From Algoriella sp. (GTDB taxonomy: Bacteria; Bacteroidota; Bacteroidia; Flavobacteriales; Weeksellaceae): 64,000 nucleotides of DNA. The position numbers and the translations under genes were made by a program. The stretch's first letter is position 1; each line of letters opens with the position of its first letter. The notes beneath the pieces were generated by a model. It had not been told where the DNA came from. It worked only from the letters and a program-made list of their open reading frames with translations, and did no database searches. Shown here piece after piece: positions 39,985 through 50,451 of the stretch. The stretch lies in NCBI RefSeq assembly GCF_036647415.1, contig NZ_JAVXKG010000016.1, forward strand, positions 19 through 64,018, in the 5' to 3' direction.

Positions 39985-40848
39985 ATGAAAACAACACAAG
40001 AATTAATTGATCTCATTACATTAAAAAAATTAGAGGATAATTTATTCGAAGGAAAAAGTTCTTTTATGGGAAGTCCAAACGTTTTTGGAGGACAAGTTGT
40101 AAGTCAAGCTTTACATGCGGCTTATCAAACTGTTCCATCAGATCGTTTTTGTCATTCCCTACATTCTTACTTTATTTTACCTGGAGATTTAGAGCAACCT
40201 ATACAATATGATGTTGCTAATTTGCGCGATGGCGGAAGTTTTAGTACAAGAGTTGTTACTGCAAAACAAAACAATGTACCAATTTTTGTAATGGCTTCTT
40301 CTTTTCAGTTAAAACAAGAAGGTTACGAACATCAAGAAAAAATGCCTATTGTAACGCCTCCAGAAGAATTAATGAGTTGGAATGATGTTGCTGAACAATT
40401 TGGCTCTGTTTTACCAAAATCAATTATGCGTTTTGTTTCTGCGGAACGTCCACTTGATTTTAAACCTGTTGAATTTGTTAATCCTTTCGAGAAAAAAGAT
40501 TATGAAAATTTCAGTAATGTTTGGTTAACTTTTAATGAGGTTCCTGACAATTTACCTTTACCAATTATTCATCAATTAATAGCATATAGCTCTGATTATA
40601 ATTTGTTATCAACTGCAATAAAACCACATGCGTCTAAAGCACATTTTGGGAATACACAGATGGCAAGTTTAGATCATTCGATTTGGTTTCATAGAACGCC
40701 AAATTTGCACGATTGGATATTAGTAAATGTAGAATCGCCAAGTGCAAATGACACAAGAGGTTTTACAAGAGGAAATTTGTTTAACCGTTCTGGTGAAATG
40801 ATATGTAGTGTTGCACAAGAAGGCTTAATAAGACCAATTGAAAAATAA
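39985..40848 (+). CDS. tesB: Acyl-CoA thioesterase II
   Basis: VFGGQVVSQAL, LHSYF, RDGGSF, SLDHSIWFH, AQEGL. Confidence 0.93.
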   Translation: MKTTQELIDLITLKKLEDNLFEGKSSFMGSPNVFGGQVVSQALHAAYQTVPSDRFCHSLHSYFILPGDLEQPIQYDVANLRDGGSFSTRVVTAKQNNVPIFVMASSFQLKQEGYEHQEKMPIVTPPEELMSWNDVAEQFGSVLPKSIMRFVSAERPLDFKPVEFVNPFEKKDYENFSNVWLTFNEVPDNLPLPIIHQLIAYSSDYNLLSTAIKPHASKAHFGNTQMASLDHSIWFHRTPNLHDWILVNVESPSANDTRGFTRGNLFNRSGEMICSVAQEGLIRPIEK

Positions 40849-40868
40849 CACTTCATCGTTTTAAAATA

Positions 40869-40902
40869 AAAAAAGGATAACTTAAAATAGTTATCCTTTT
40901 TT
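40869..40902. terminator. Bidirectional terminator
   Basis: AAAAAAGGATAACT...AGTTATCCTTTTTT. Confidence 0.85.
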
Positions 40903-40911
40903 TATGAAATT

Positions 40912-42483
40912 TTATGTTGTGTATTTTTTCGTTATAAAAAATCGATATAATTTATAAATAATAAGGACAATAACAACTGTAAAACCTATTGCAAATAAGA
41001 TTCTAAATATCTCTATATTACTTATTAATAATGCTTGATTGGCTAATTTATCTTTTAATGTTCCGACAGTTAAACTGGTTGATTCATCACTTAAATGAGT
41101 CATATTATTCTTAGAAAATAATGTATCAAATTGATTTTGAAATATCGAATTTGATTGCTCAAAATTAGTTGTCATATAAGTTTGATGCTTTGTTGTGAGA
41201 TACAATAAACCATTTTGTAATAGCGAATAACTGATTGTTGTCGTCCAAAAACGAATAGCCGTCCCCGTTTGTAAAACACTTGCGTAAAATTCTGGTTTTG
41301 CAGAACTAAGCATATACAAAACCAAAGGTGCAAATAAAACACCTTGTCCTACGCCTTCTAAAAATAATGCTGGTGTAACATATTCTACTCTAGTATCTGG
41401 AAGAAATATGTAACTAAAATATAACATACTCGACGATAGAATGATAAATCCTATTAAAAAAATAGTCAGAAAATTTACATTTCGTTTTACCATTTGGTAG
41501 GCAGAATATAAACCCAATATAGAACCCGCAACGTTAAAATATTGAATTTTTAACACATATTCCCATGGCCATTTCCAAACGACATTCATTACTTGGTAAA
41601 TATTACTCAGACTTGATCGTAGAAGATAAAACATGAAGAACATGACTACACCTGCTATTACTCTTTTCGATTTTAAAACTTCGAAATGATAGATTGGCCT
41701 TTTTGATGTCACTTGTTGCAAGATGAATAATCCTGCGCAGACAATACAAATGATGAATGCTCCTACAATGTAAGGCGACTCAAACCAATAATTTTTTTTA
41801 CCATAAATCAACATAAAAGCTCCGCTTGTTAACGTAATCATCATCAAGAAAACGCCTGGTAAATTAAGTTGATACAATGGTATTTTAGGAAACATCCTGT
41901 TATGATTTAGAAAAAAAACATAAATAAACAAAGCAACAACATGTAAGACAATAATCGTATAAAGAATCATGTTTTGATTGTAATTTTCTATAGCAAATTT
42001 TACAATAGATGTTGTAAACTTATCTCCTGTTAACATAAATCCATACAAAAATGAATATGTTATTAGACGAGAATTTTTTCCTTTTATACTATGTATTAAT
42101 ATTGGATATAAAATACAACCCTCAAAAATTGCAATCGGACCTTGTATAATACGCAAAACAAGAAGCAATTGTGTGTTAATAGAAAGTGTCATGATAAATA
42201 AAATAACAATATTTAGCATGGTCATCAATAACAAATAATTTCGGATATTGAAATAATGAAAAAATCGAATGTGTAAAAATAATCCGCACACAAACATACC
42301 GTAACCCAACGAAAATAAAAATTGAATATCGTCAACCTCTAAATCTAAAAATGATGCAGTGAACGTACTGTTCATATTAAACATCATCAAAATCATTAAG
42401 TGTGGTAAAAGAGCGATTAATAAAATTGAGATAATAATATTATGCGGAACCCATTTATTAAAAATAGAATTTGGAGTGTCCAC
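40912..42483 (-). CDS. MFS (DHA2/EmrB-like) transporter, copy 1
   Basis: Multiple TM helices; follows HlyD; paralog of 45399-46961. Confidence 0.85.
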   Translation of the reverse strand: MDTPNSIFNKWVPHNIIISILLIALLPHLMILMMFNMNSTFTASFLDLEVDDIQFLFSLGYGMFVCGLFLHIRFFHYFNIRNYLLLMTMLNIVILFIMTLSINTQLLLVLRIIQGPIAIFEGCILYPILIHSIKGKNSRLITYSFLYGFMLTGDKFTTSIVKFAIENYNQNMILYTIIVLHVVALFIYVFFLNHNRMFPKIPLYQLNLPGVFLMMITLTSGAFMLIYGKKNYWFESPYIVGAFIICIVCAGLFILQQVTSKRPIYHFEVLKSKRVIAGVVMFFMFYLLRSSLSNIYQVMNVVWKWPWEYVLKIQYFNVAGSILGLYSAYQMVKRNVNFLTIFLIGFIILSSSMLYFSYIFLPDTRVEYVTPALFLEGVGQGVLFAPLVLYMLSSAKPEFYASVLQTGTAIRFWTTTISYSLLQNGLLYLTTKHQTYMTTNFEQSNSIFQNQFDTLFSKNNMTHLSDESTSLTVGTLKDKLANQALLISNIEIFRILFAIGFTVVIVLIIYKLYRFFITKKYTT

Positions 42484-42486
42484 AAT

Positions 42487-43536
42487 CTATTCTAATTTTT
42501 CGGTTGAAACAGAAACATTCATTCCAGATCTTAATTTATCCAAATCTTTGGTGTTTTTCAAGATTATTTTTACGGGAAAACGTTGTTCAATTTTCACAAA
42601 ATTCCCCGTTGCATTGTCTGGTTTTACTAATGAAAACTCCGAACCCGAAGCTGGCGATAACGATTCTACTCGTCCAACAAATTTGATTTTAGAATAAGCA
42701 TCAGCAACAATTTTAATGTCCTTATTTATATCTATTTCACCTAACTGCGTTTCCTTAAAATTAGCTACAATCCATTTTTCTTTCGACACAACTTGCACCA
42801 AAGCTTGACCTTCTTTTATCAATTGACCGACTTGTATATTTTTTGTACCAACCCAACCATCATAAGGCGCAATAACGTATATATAAGACATGATTAATTT
42901 TGCGTCATTTAGTTGCGCTTTACGTTGTAAGATTTGTGTTTTGGCTGGTGCAACTTTTGTTTGTTCTGCATTTGTGCTAATATTTACAGAAAGACGTTCT
43001 TGTTTCAAAGCACTCAAATTTGCATTAGCTTGTTTGTATTTTGCTTCAACTTCTTCAAATTGTTGTAAAGTCGCGGCATCTTCTTTCACTAAATTTCTGA
43101 ATCTGATATAATCTTTTTCTGTTCGCCAAACTTCTATTTTAGCAGCTTCTATATTAGCATCAATTATATTTACGTTACTTGCCTTGGTATCAACAGCGGT
43201 TTCGTAAGTTGCAACAGATTGTGCTGTACTTTCTAAATTTGCTGAAGCAATATCAACCTTATTTTTGAACTCGCGGTTATCAATCACAACAAGTGTATCT
43301 CCTTTATGTACAAATTGATTTTCTTCAAAATTAATTTTATCAATAAACCCTGAAACTTTGCTTGATACTGGCGTTATATATTGTCTTACCTGTGCATCAT
43401 TTGTGTTAACATGCGAACTCGAAAAGAGATAAAACCAACACATTGTACCGAATCCGATCAAAATAAAAATCCAAGCCAAAACAGATAGCGTTCTGTTCAT
43501 TCTTCTTTCGCTTTTTGTCACTTGCTTTGTCGCCAT
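42487..43536 (-). CDS. HlyD/EmrA periplasmic adaptor, copy 1
   Basis: TNDAQV, ANFKETQL, PDNATGNFVKIEQRFPV. Confidence 0.92.
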   Translation of the reverse strand: MATKQVTKSERRMNRTLSVLAWIFILIGFGTMCWFYLFSSSHVNTNDAQVRQYITPVSSKVSGFIDKINFEENQFVHKGDTLVVIDNREFKNKVDIASANLESTAQSVATYETAVDTKASNVNIIDANIEAAKIEVWRTEKDYIRFRNLVKEDAATLQQFEEVEAKYKQANANLSALKQERLSVNISTNAEQTKVAPAKTQILQRKAQLNDAKLIMSYIYVIAPYDGWVGTKNIQVGQLIKEGQALVQVVSKEKWIVANFKETQLGEIDINKDIKIVADAYSKIKFVGRVESLSPASGSEFSLVKPDNATGNFVKIEQRFPVKIILKNTKDLDKLRSGMNVSVSTEKLE

Positions 43537-43542
43537 ATTTTT

Positions 43543-44874
43543 TTATAAATTACCAATTACATATTGCAATTGATAGTATTTTAGTTGTTTATTGATTTCT
43601 AATGATATTAAGTTGGATTGAGTTTCTAAATACACATTATCAGCATCAATCAATTCTGTAATTAAGCTTAATTTATTGGCGTATTTTGTTTTCACAATTC
43701 GGTAATTTTCTTTGGCTTGCGTTATAGCTTCTCTAGCAATCTCAATTTTTTCTATGGATTCTTCTAATTTTCTATTTGCGACAAAAACATCATGTGTAAG
43801 CTGTTCTTCTCTCTCTTCTATTTCTAATTTTGCAATGGAAATAGAACGATCAGCAATCAACATCTTTTGTTTGTTTTTGTACAAATTACTCAACGGCATT
43901 ACAATGTTAATTCCTACTTTCCCGAAACGATATAAGTTTTCTTGTGGTGGAAAAAACATAAAATTGGGATAACTTAAACCATATTCGCCATCCGCAGTTA
44001 TTCGAGGTAAAATATTGGATTTGATTATCTTTTTATCAATTTCTTTTAAGTGTAAATCTTCTTTTGCAATTTGTAGATTTTCATTTTTTTCGAAAGCCTC
44101 TATAATTAACTCATCTACAAAACCAATTTGAGTTGTATTTGTAAACAAATCTGTCGTGTCTATCTGTAATTCTTGCTCTGCAGGTAAAGCAATCAAGGTT
44201 TTTATTTGATGCTCTATAATCGCAATATCATTTGCCAATTCGGTAAATGACATTTTATGATTAGACAATTGCAATTCGGTACGTAAAACCTCATTATATG
44301 TTACTAATCCATTTTTCTGAAACGATTTTACTTGCTTAATATTAATAGAATCTTCGTGTATTTTGTCAAGAAGTAAACTTTGTTGTTCATGCAGATGCAA
44401 TACTTGTAAATACGCCGTTATAATTTGCATACGTAGTTCACGTTCATCTTTTTTAGTACGAAGTTTAGAAATATCTGTTTCTATTTCAGCTTTCTTTTCT
44501 TCGTTTTTTAGCTTTCCTCCTAAATAAATTGGAATTTCGGCAGATAATGTAAAATCATATTGTTCGCGGGGAACTTTATATTTTGTAGACGATTTCAGTA
44601 ATCCATCTTCATACTGATTGATATTACTTAATACATGAAAACCGGTGTGAAAATTGACATCAGGTAATTTTTCATTTTTTAAATCATCTTCTATTAATTC
44701 GGATACATTTGTTTGTAAAGTACGAATTTGAAGTTTTTTGTTGTTTTGTAATCCGATTTCAATTGCTTGATTCAGTTTTAATTGATGGTAATTATATTCT
44801 GTTTGCGCAAAACTAAAACTTCCCATCACTAACAAAATTGTAAGTAATTGATATCTAATTAGATTAAATATCAT
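43543..44874 (-). CDS. TolC family outer-membrane protein, copy 1
   Basis: Signal peptide, AIEIGLQNN, ENYRIV..KY, ITELIDA. Confidence 0.9.
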   Translation of the reverse strand: MIFNLIRYQLLTILLVMGSFSFAQTEYNYHQLKLNQAIEIGLQNNKKLQIRTLQTNVSELIEDDLKNEKLPDVNFHTGFHVLSNINQYEDGLLKSSTKYKVPREQYDFTLSAEIPIYLGGKLKNEEKKAEIETDISKLRTKKDERELRMQIITAYLQVLHLHEQQSLLLDKIHEDSINIKQVKSFQKNGLVTYNEVLRTELQLSNHKMSFTELANDIAIIEHQIKTLIALPAEQELQIDTTDLFTNTTQIGFVDELIIEAFEKNENLQIAKEDLHLKEIDKKIIKSNILPRITADGEYGLSYPNFMFFPPQENLYRFGKVGINIVMPLSNLYKNKQKMLIADRSISIAKLEIEEREEQLTHDVFVANRKLEESIEKIEIAREAITQAKENYRIVKTKYANKLSLITELIDADNVYLETQSNLISLEINKQLKYYQLQYVIGNL

Positions 44875-44916
44875 ATTGGTATTAAATTCTTTTAAATCCT
44901 AATCGTTTTAAGTGGT

Positions 44917-44924
44917 GCAAATAT
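44917..44924 (-). promoter_or_regulatory. -7 box of efflux operon copy 1
   Basis: TATATTTG on the minus strand; copy 2 has TACCTTTG at the equivalent site near 49389. Confidence 0.5.
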
Positions 44925-45115
44925 ACATGGACACATGCAGGTAGAGATTGAGTAAAAAGGAAAATAATTTATCCATTTACGCCAAATGATAAAAATATAG
45001 AAATTATAAAAAAAGTGAAGCTATTTTATCTAAAAATAAATTTGAACGTAATGAAAATTAATTCTAAAAAATAAATAATTCAATATATCTATAGTTTAGA
45101 CCAATTACACATAAA

Positions 45116-45158
45116 AACCAAAAAGATGTTTATCTATTCGAAAAACATCTTTTTGGTT
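45116..45158. terminator. Terminator of efflux operon copy 2
   Basis: AACCAAAAAGATGTTT...AAACATCTTTTTGGTT. Confidence 0.8.
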
Positions 45159-45166
45159 AATTATTT

Positions 45167-45371
45167 ACCCGTTGTGCATTTTGATAATTTTAGCAATTAA
45201 ACCGTCAATTCGAGTGAAATTCTGTAAGAATTTTGTATCGAGAATAAGGTTTTAGAAGATAAAATTCTATTCTCGATACAATTTTTATTCATTCTTGTAC
45301 TGAGTTTATCGAAGTGTCATTTCTAAAAATCACTCGAACTGACGAATTTTAATTCAAAATGCACAACGGGT
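45167..45371. mobile_element. 205-bp MITE, IS982-like, intact (copy C)
   Basis: Perfect 18-bp TIR ACCCGTTGTGCATTTTGA; perfect 9-bp TSD TAATTATTT (45158-45166 and 45372-45380). Confidence 0.92.
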
Positions 45372-45398
45372 TAATTATTTATACCTATTTAGGACTAT

Positions 45399-46961
45399 TT
45401 ATTTTCTGAAAAGTACTGTTTTAAAAGGTTTATAAAAAAACACAAAGAAAGTCATTACAATTCCAATAACAAATAAAGTTCTAAAAATCTCGATATTACT
45501 TACCAATAACGCTTGATTGTATAATTTGGTTTTTAAAACTCCGATTGACAAACTAACCGAATCATTGGTTAAATGAACTGAACTATTCTTCGTCATCAAA
45601 TTATTCCATTGCTCTTGAAAAATTGTACTTGTTTGATCTAAATTTTTCGTCATCAAAAATTGATGTTTCGTCGTTAAATACAAAACTGCATTTTGCATAA
45701 TTGCAAATCCTATTGTTGTTGTCCAAAAACGAGCTGCTGTTCCTATCAACGCTACATTACCCGAAATATTGGGATGTACAGAGCCAATCATATACAAAAC
45801 CAATGGTGTAAAAATAAGACCTTGTCCAAGACCTTCTAACATCAACGGTGGCGCAATTGCGTCTACTTTTGTATCTGGAAAAAATAAATAACTAAACCAC
45901 AATAAACTGATAGATAAAGTAAAAAATCCGATTGTAAAAATGTAACGATAATCAACCTTTTTTATCAATAAAAACACCGAAATTAAAATGCCTAAAAAAG
46001 ATCCCGCAACATTAAAATATTGTATTTGTAGTACATATTCCCAAGGCCATTTCCAAACACTTCCCATTACTTGGTAAATATTACTCATACAAGAGCGTAA
46101 TAAATAGAAAATAAAAAAGATAAAAATACCTAAAATAACACGTTCGGATTTGAATACTTCAAAATGAAACAAAGGTCGTTTTGATGTTCTTTGATGAAGA
46201 ATAAATAAACCTGCAAAAAATAAACATAAGAAAAACGATAATGTGATATAATTTGACTCGAACCAATAGTGTTTTTTTCCATAAACCAAGAAATATGCGC
46301 CAGAAATTAATGAAATTAACATCAAAAATATTCCTCCTAAATTTAATTGATACAATGGTTTTTTAGGAAACATACGGTTCTGATTAAATAAGAAAACATA
46401 AACCAATAAAGCTATTACATGCATTGCCATTACTGTATAAACCATCATATTATGATCATAGTTTTCTATCGCAAATTTCACAATTGAGGTCGCAAATTTA
46501 TCTCCCGTCAACATAAAACAATATAAACACGAATATGCAATAATACGGGCATAATCACTTTTTATTTGCGACATAAGAATTGGCAATAAAATAACACCTT
46601 CAAACAACGTAATTGGTCCTTGTAAAAAACGAAGTAACAAAATAAGTTGTGTATTCTTGGTTAGCGTTATTGCAAATAATATGATAATACTAGCGCAGGT
46701 CATAAACAACAAATAACTTCGGATATTAAAAAAGTGAAAAAATCTGACATGAATAAATAATCCACAGACAATTGTTGCATACGCTAACGAAAATAAAAAT
46801 TGTAAATCGTCAACTTCTAAATCTAAGAAAGAAGCTGTAAATGTACTATTCATACTAAAAATTGTCAATAACATCAAGTGTGGAAATAGTGCAATAACCA
46901 AAATTGGTACAATTAATTTCTGCGGAACCCATTTGTTGAATATAGAATTTTGACTTTGCAT
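45399..46961 (-). CDS. MFS (DHA2/EmrB-like) transporter, copy 2
   Basis: Paralog of 40912-42483 (MNSTFTASFLDLEVDD shared). Confidence 0.85.
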   Translation of the reverse strand: MQSQNSIFNKWVPQKLIVPILVIALFPHLMLLTIFSMNSTFTASFLDLEVDDLQFLFSLAYATIVCGLFIHVRFFHFFNIRSYLLFMTCASIIILFAITLTKNTQLILLLRFLQGPITLFEGVILLPILMSQIKSDYARIIAYSCLYCFMLTGDKFATSIVKFAIENYDHNMMVYTVMAMHVIALLVYVFLFNQNRMFPKKPLYQLNLGGIFLMLISLISGAYFLVYGKKHYWFESNYITLSFFLCLFFAGLFILHQRTSKRPLFHFEVFKSERVILGIFIFFIFYLLRSCMSNIYQVMGSVWKWPWEYVLQIQYFNVAGSFLGILISVFLLIKKVDYRYIFTIGFFTLSISLLWFSYLFFPDTKVDAIAPPLMLEGLGQGLIFTPLVLYMIGSVHPNISGNVALIGTAARFWTTTIGFAIMQNAVLYLTTKHQFLMTKNLDQTSTIFQEQWNNLMTKNSSVHLTNDSVSLSIGVLKTKLYNQALLVSNIEIFRTLFVIGIVMTFFVFFYKPFKTVLFRK

Positions 46962-46964
46962 ATA

Positions 46965-48011
46965 TTATTTCAATTTTTCTGCTGATACTGCCACATTCAT
47001 TCCCGAACGTAATTTTTCATTATTTTTACTCTCTTTTAATATAATTTTGACAGGAAAACGTTGTTCTATTTTCACAAAATTTCCCGTAGCATTATCAGGT
47101 TTCACCAAAGAAAATTCTGATCCTGAAGCTGGAGAAAGTGATTCTATTTTTCCTTCAAATTCAATTGTAGCATAAGCATCAGCTTTTACTTGTATTGTTT
47201 TATCTAAATCAATTTCGCCTAATTGTGTTTCTTTAAAATTGGCAACAATCCATTTCTCTTTCGATACAACTTGCACCAAAGCTTGCCCTTCTTTTATTAA
47301 TTGACCAACTTGTATATTTTTTACACCAACCCAACCATCATAAGGCGCAATAACATAAGTATAGCTTAATCTTAGTTTTGCATCATTTAATTGTGCTTTT
47401 CGTTGTAAAATTTGTGTTTTAGCTGGTGCAACTTTTGTTTGTTCTGCTAGCGTACCTACATTTACAGCGTTACGTTGTTGTTCTAAAGCCAGTAGATTTG
47501 CTTTTGCTTGTTTATATTTTGCTTCTATTTCTTCAAACTGTTGAAGTGTTGCGGCATCTTCTGCTACTAAATTTTCGAAACGTGTAAAATCTTTTTCTGT
47601 TCTCCAAACCTCTATTTTAGCAGCTTCTATATTTGCATTTACAATATTTACATTACTTGCTTTACTATCTACTGCTGTTTCGTAAGTTGCAACAGACTCT
47701 GTTGTACTTTCTAAATTAGCTTGCGCAATATCAATTTGATTTTGAAATTCTCGGTTGTCAATTACAACTAAAGTATCGCCTTTGTGTACAAATTGATTTT
47801 CTTCGAAATTTATTTTATTGATAAATCCGGAAACTTTACTAGAAACTGGCGTAATATATTGTCTTACTTGCGCATCATTTGTACTTACATGCGAACTAGA
47901 AAACAAGTAGAACCAACCAACAGCTCCTACTCCAATCAAAATAAATAACCATGCTATAACAGATAATGTTCTGTTCATTCGTTTTTCTCCTTTCGTCAAT
48001 TGTTTCGTCAT
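46965..48011 (-). CDS. HlyD/EmrA periplasmic adaptor, copy 2
   Basis: Same motifs as 42487-43536. Confidence 0.92.
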   Translation of the reverse strand: MTKQLTKGEKRMNRTLSVIAWLFILIGVGAVGWFYLFSSSHVSTNDAQVRQYITPVSSKVSGFINKINFEENQFVHKGDTLVVIDNREFQNQIDIAQANLESTTESVATYETAVDSKASNVNIVNANIEAAKIEVWRTEKDFTRFENLVAEDAATLQQFEEIEAKYKQAKANLLALEQQRNAVNVGTLAEQTKVAPAKTQILQRKAQLNDAKLRLSYTYVIAPYDGWVGVKNIQVGQLIKEGQALVQVVSKEKWIVANFKETQLGEIDLDKTIQVKADAYATIEFEGKIESLSPASGSEFSLVKPDNATGNFVKIEQRFPVKIILKESKNNEKLRSGMNVAVSAEKLK

Positions 48012-48015
48012 ATTC

Positions 48016-49347
48016 TTATAAGTTTCCTAATACGTATTGTAGTTGATAGTATTTTAATTGTTTATTTATTTGCAAAGAAATTAAGTTAGATTGTGCTTCC
48101 AAATAAGCATTATCTGCATCAATTAATTCTGTAATTAAACTTAATTTGTTCGCGTATTTTGTTTTTACAATTCGATAATTTTCTTTGGATTGATGAATTG
48201 CTTCTTCTGCAATTTTTATTTTATCTAATGATTCGTCTAATCGTTTTTTTGCTGTAAAAACTTCATGTGTTATCTGTTCTTCTCGCTCTTCGATTTCTAA
48301 TTTTGCAATTTCAATTTTTTGATCCGCGATTTGCATTTTTTGTTTATTCTTGAAAAAATTACTTAACGGAACGGTAATATTTACGCCAACCATTCCAAAA
48401 CGATACAAATGTTCTTCTGGAGGAAAAAACATAAAATTGGGATAATTCAAACCATATTCTCCACCTGCAGTTATTTTAGGCAACACATTTGCTTTGGTTA
48501 TTTTTTTATCTAACTGTTTCAGATCAAGATCTTCTTTTGCAATTTTCAGACTTTCATTATTTTCCATCGCTTCCAAAACCATCTGATCTACAATACCCAA
48601 ATGTTCTGTGTTTGTAAACAAATCATTGGTTTGTACATGTATTTCTTGTGCTTCTGGTAAAGACAATACTGTTTTTATTTGATGTTCTATTATCGCAATT
48701 TCATTATCCAATTCAGAAAAAGACATTTTATGATTGGATAATTGTAACTGTGTACGCAGAACCTCATTATATGTAACCAAGCCATTTTTCTTGAAAATTT
48801 CTGTCTGCTTAATATTGGCAGAATCTTCGTGTATTTTATCCGAAATCAAATGTTGTTGTTCTTGTAAATGCAACACTTGCAAATAAGCCGTAATAATTTG
48901 CATGCGAAGTTCTCGCTCATCTTTTTTTATCTTTAACTTCGAAATTTCAGTTTCTATTTCTGCTTTCTTTTCCTCATTTTTAATCTTCCCTCCCAAATAA
49001 ACCGGAATCTCTGCTTTTAATGTAAAATCATATTTTATACGTGGTGTTGCATATTTTGTTGATGATTTTAAAAACCCATCATCATACTGATTTATATTAC
49101 TCAAAACATGAAAACCAGTGTGAAAATCCACATCAGGAAGTTTTTCATTTTTTAAATCACGTTCATTCAATTCAGCCACATTTGATTGCAAGGAACGTAT
49201 TTGCAATTTTTTGTTATTTTGTAGTCCAATTTCAATTGCTTCGCTCAATTTTAATTGATTATAGTCTAAATTTGTTTGAGCAAAAGAAGTACTACTCACC
49301 ATTATAAAAAACGTAAGCAATTGATATCTAATTAAATTAAATATCAT
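48016..49347 (-). CDS. TolC family outer-membrane protein, copy 2
   Basis: Same motifs as 43543-44874. Confidence 0.9.
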   Translation of the reverse strand: MIFNLIRYQLLTFFIMVSSTSFAQTNLDYNQLKLSEAIEIGLQNNKKLQIRSLQSNVAELNERDLKNEKLPDVDFHTGFHVLSNINQYDDGFLKSSTKYATPRIKYDFTLKAEIPVYLGGKIKNEEKKAEIETEISKLKIKKDERELRMQIITAYLQVLHLQEQQHLISDKIHEDSANIKQTEIFKKNGLVTYNEVLRTQLQLSNHKMSFSELDNEIAIIEHQIKTVLSLPEAQEIHVQTNDLFTNTEHLGIVDQMVLEAMENNESLKIAKEDLDLKQLDKKITKANVLPKITAGGEYGLNYPNFMFFPPEEHLYRFGMVGVNITVPLSNFFKNKQKMQIADQKIEIAKLEIEEREEQITHEVFTAKKRLDESLDKIKIAEEAIHQSKENYRIVKTKYANKLSLITELIDADNAYLEAQSNLISLQINKQLKYYQLQYVLGNL

Positions 49348-49538
49348 ATCTATTTTTAAATTCTAAAAAGTTTGTTGATTTATTACTGCAAAGGTACGTG
49401 CAAAGACAACTAACGTAAATGATAAAATAAGAAAATAATTTGCTCATTCTAGCCAAAATAGATAATTTTGTAAACGTATATTTTAGATAAAAAATAATCT
49501 ATATACTCATTTCATTCGTATTCAAACTTCAACGTAAG

Positions 49539-50342
49539 ATGGATCAAAAATTTATAAAAGAAGTCGATCAAAATAACTCTGAATATTACCTACATCATGT
49601 CTATTTGGACACTGTAGAAACAGAGATTCATCAGCATAAAAAAGCACAATTACTTTATGCAGAAGGTGGAATTGTCCATATTTTTATCAACGATAAGCAT
49701 TGGTATTTACCTGCACGTTGTTTTATGTGGATTCCTGCAAATACAGATCATTCTATCTTAACTTATAGTAAAAATGGAGATTTGTATAATTTTTATTTTA
49801 AGACAGAAGAAAATGAAAATGAATTTTACGCCAAAACCAATATCTATTATGCCGAAGATTTACTGCGTGAAATGTTTTTGTATACCAAACCTTGGGATGG
49901 AATTATTGAAGAAAAAGATACTGCAAAATATTATTTTTTAAAAGCAATAAAAGCAATTTTACCCGAAATGGAATCGAATAAATTGCCAATTACAATTCAA
50001 CATCCTTTTCCGAAAGATCAAAAACTGATTGAAATTGCTCAGTTTTTAATGTTAAATATCGAAAAAAACTATACAATTGATGAAATTTCTAAACATTTCG
50101 GAATAAGTTCTCGTACACTATCTCGAAAATTTAAAGATAATTTGGGAATGAATTATGTTCGATTTTTACGCTCTTTACGTATTACAAAATCATTAGAATT
50201 GATTGCAGAAAATAGGTATAATATGTACGAAGTTGCCATGTTGGTTGGTTACAATTCTTTGTCTTCGTTTAGCAATATTTTTCAAAAAGTTTCTGGAATT
50301 CGTCCAACTGAATATGCCCAAATGTTGCATAAAAAGCGTTAA
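49539..50342 (+). CDS. AraC family regulator with cupin sensor domain
   Basis: HQHKKAQLLY, SRTLSRKF, VGYNSLSSFS..F. Confidence 0.92.
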   Translation: MDQKFIKEVDQNNSEYYLHHVYLDTVETEIHQHKKAQLLYAEGGIVHIFINDKHWYLPARCFMWIPANTDHSILTYSKNGDLYNFYFKTEENENEFYAKTNIYYAEDLLREMFLYTKPWDGIIEEKDTAKYYFLKAIKAILPEMESNKLPITIQHPFPKDQKLIEIAQFLMLNIEKNYTIDEISKHFGISSRTLSRKFKDNLGMNYVRFLRSLRITKSLELIAENRYNMYEVAMLVGYNSLSSFSNIFQKVSGIRPTEYAQMLHKKR

Positions 50343-50451
50343 ATCGTGTTATAATAATCCATCAAAAATAAATTGAAAATTCCTAACATATATCAACGGC
50401 TTAAAAGATATTCTACCTTAACTTTGCACAATCAAAATTTAAAAATATAAA

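Noticed and set aside
44990-45070. Possible AraC start remnant upstream of efflux copy 1
   Set aside because: Only a few matching bases (AACGTAA) in AT-rich DNA
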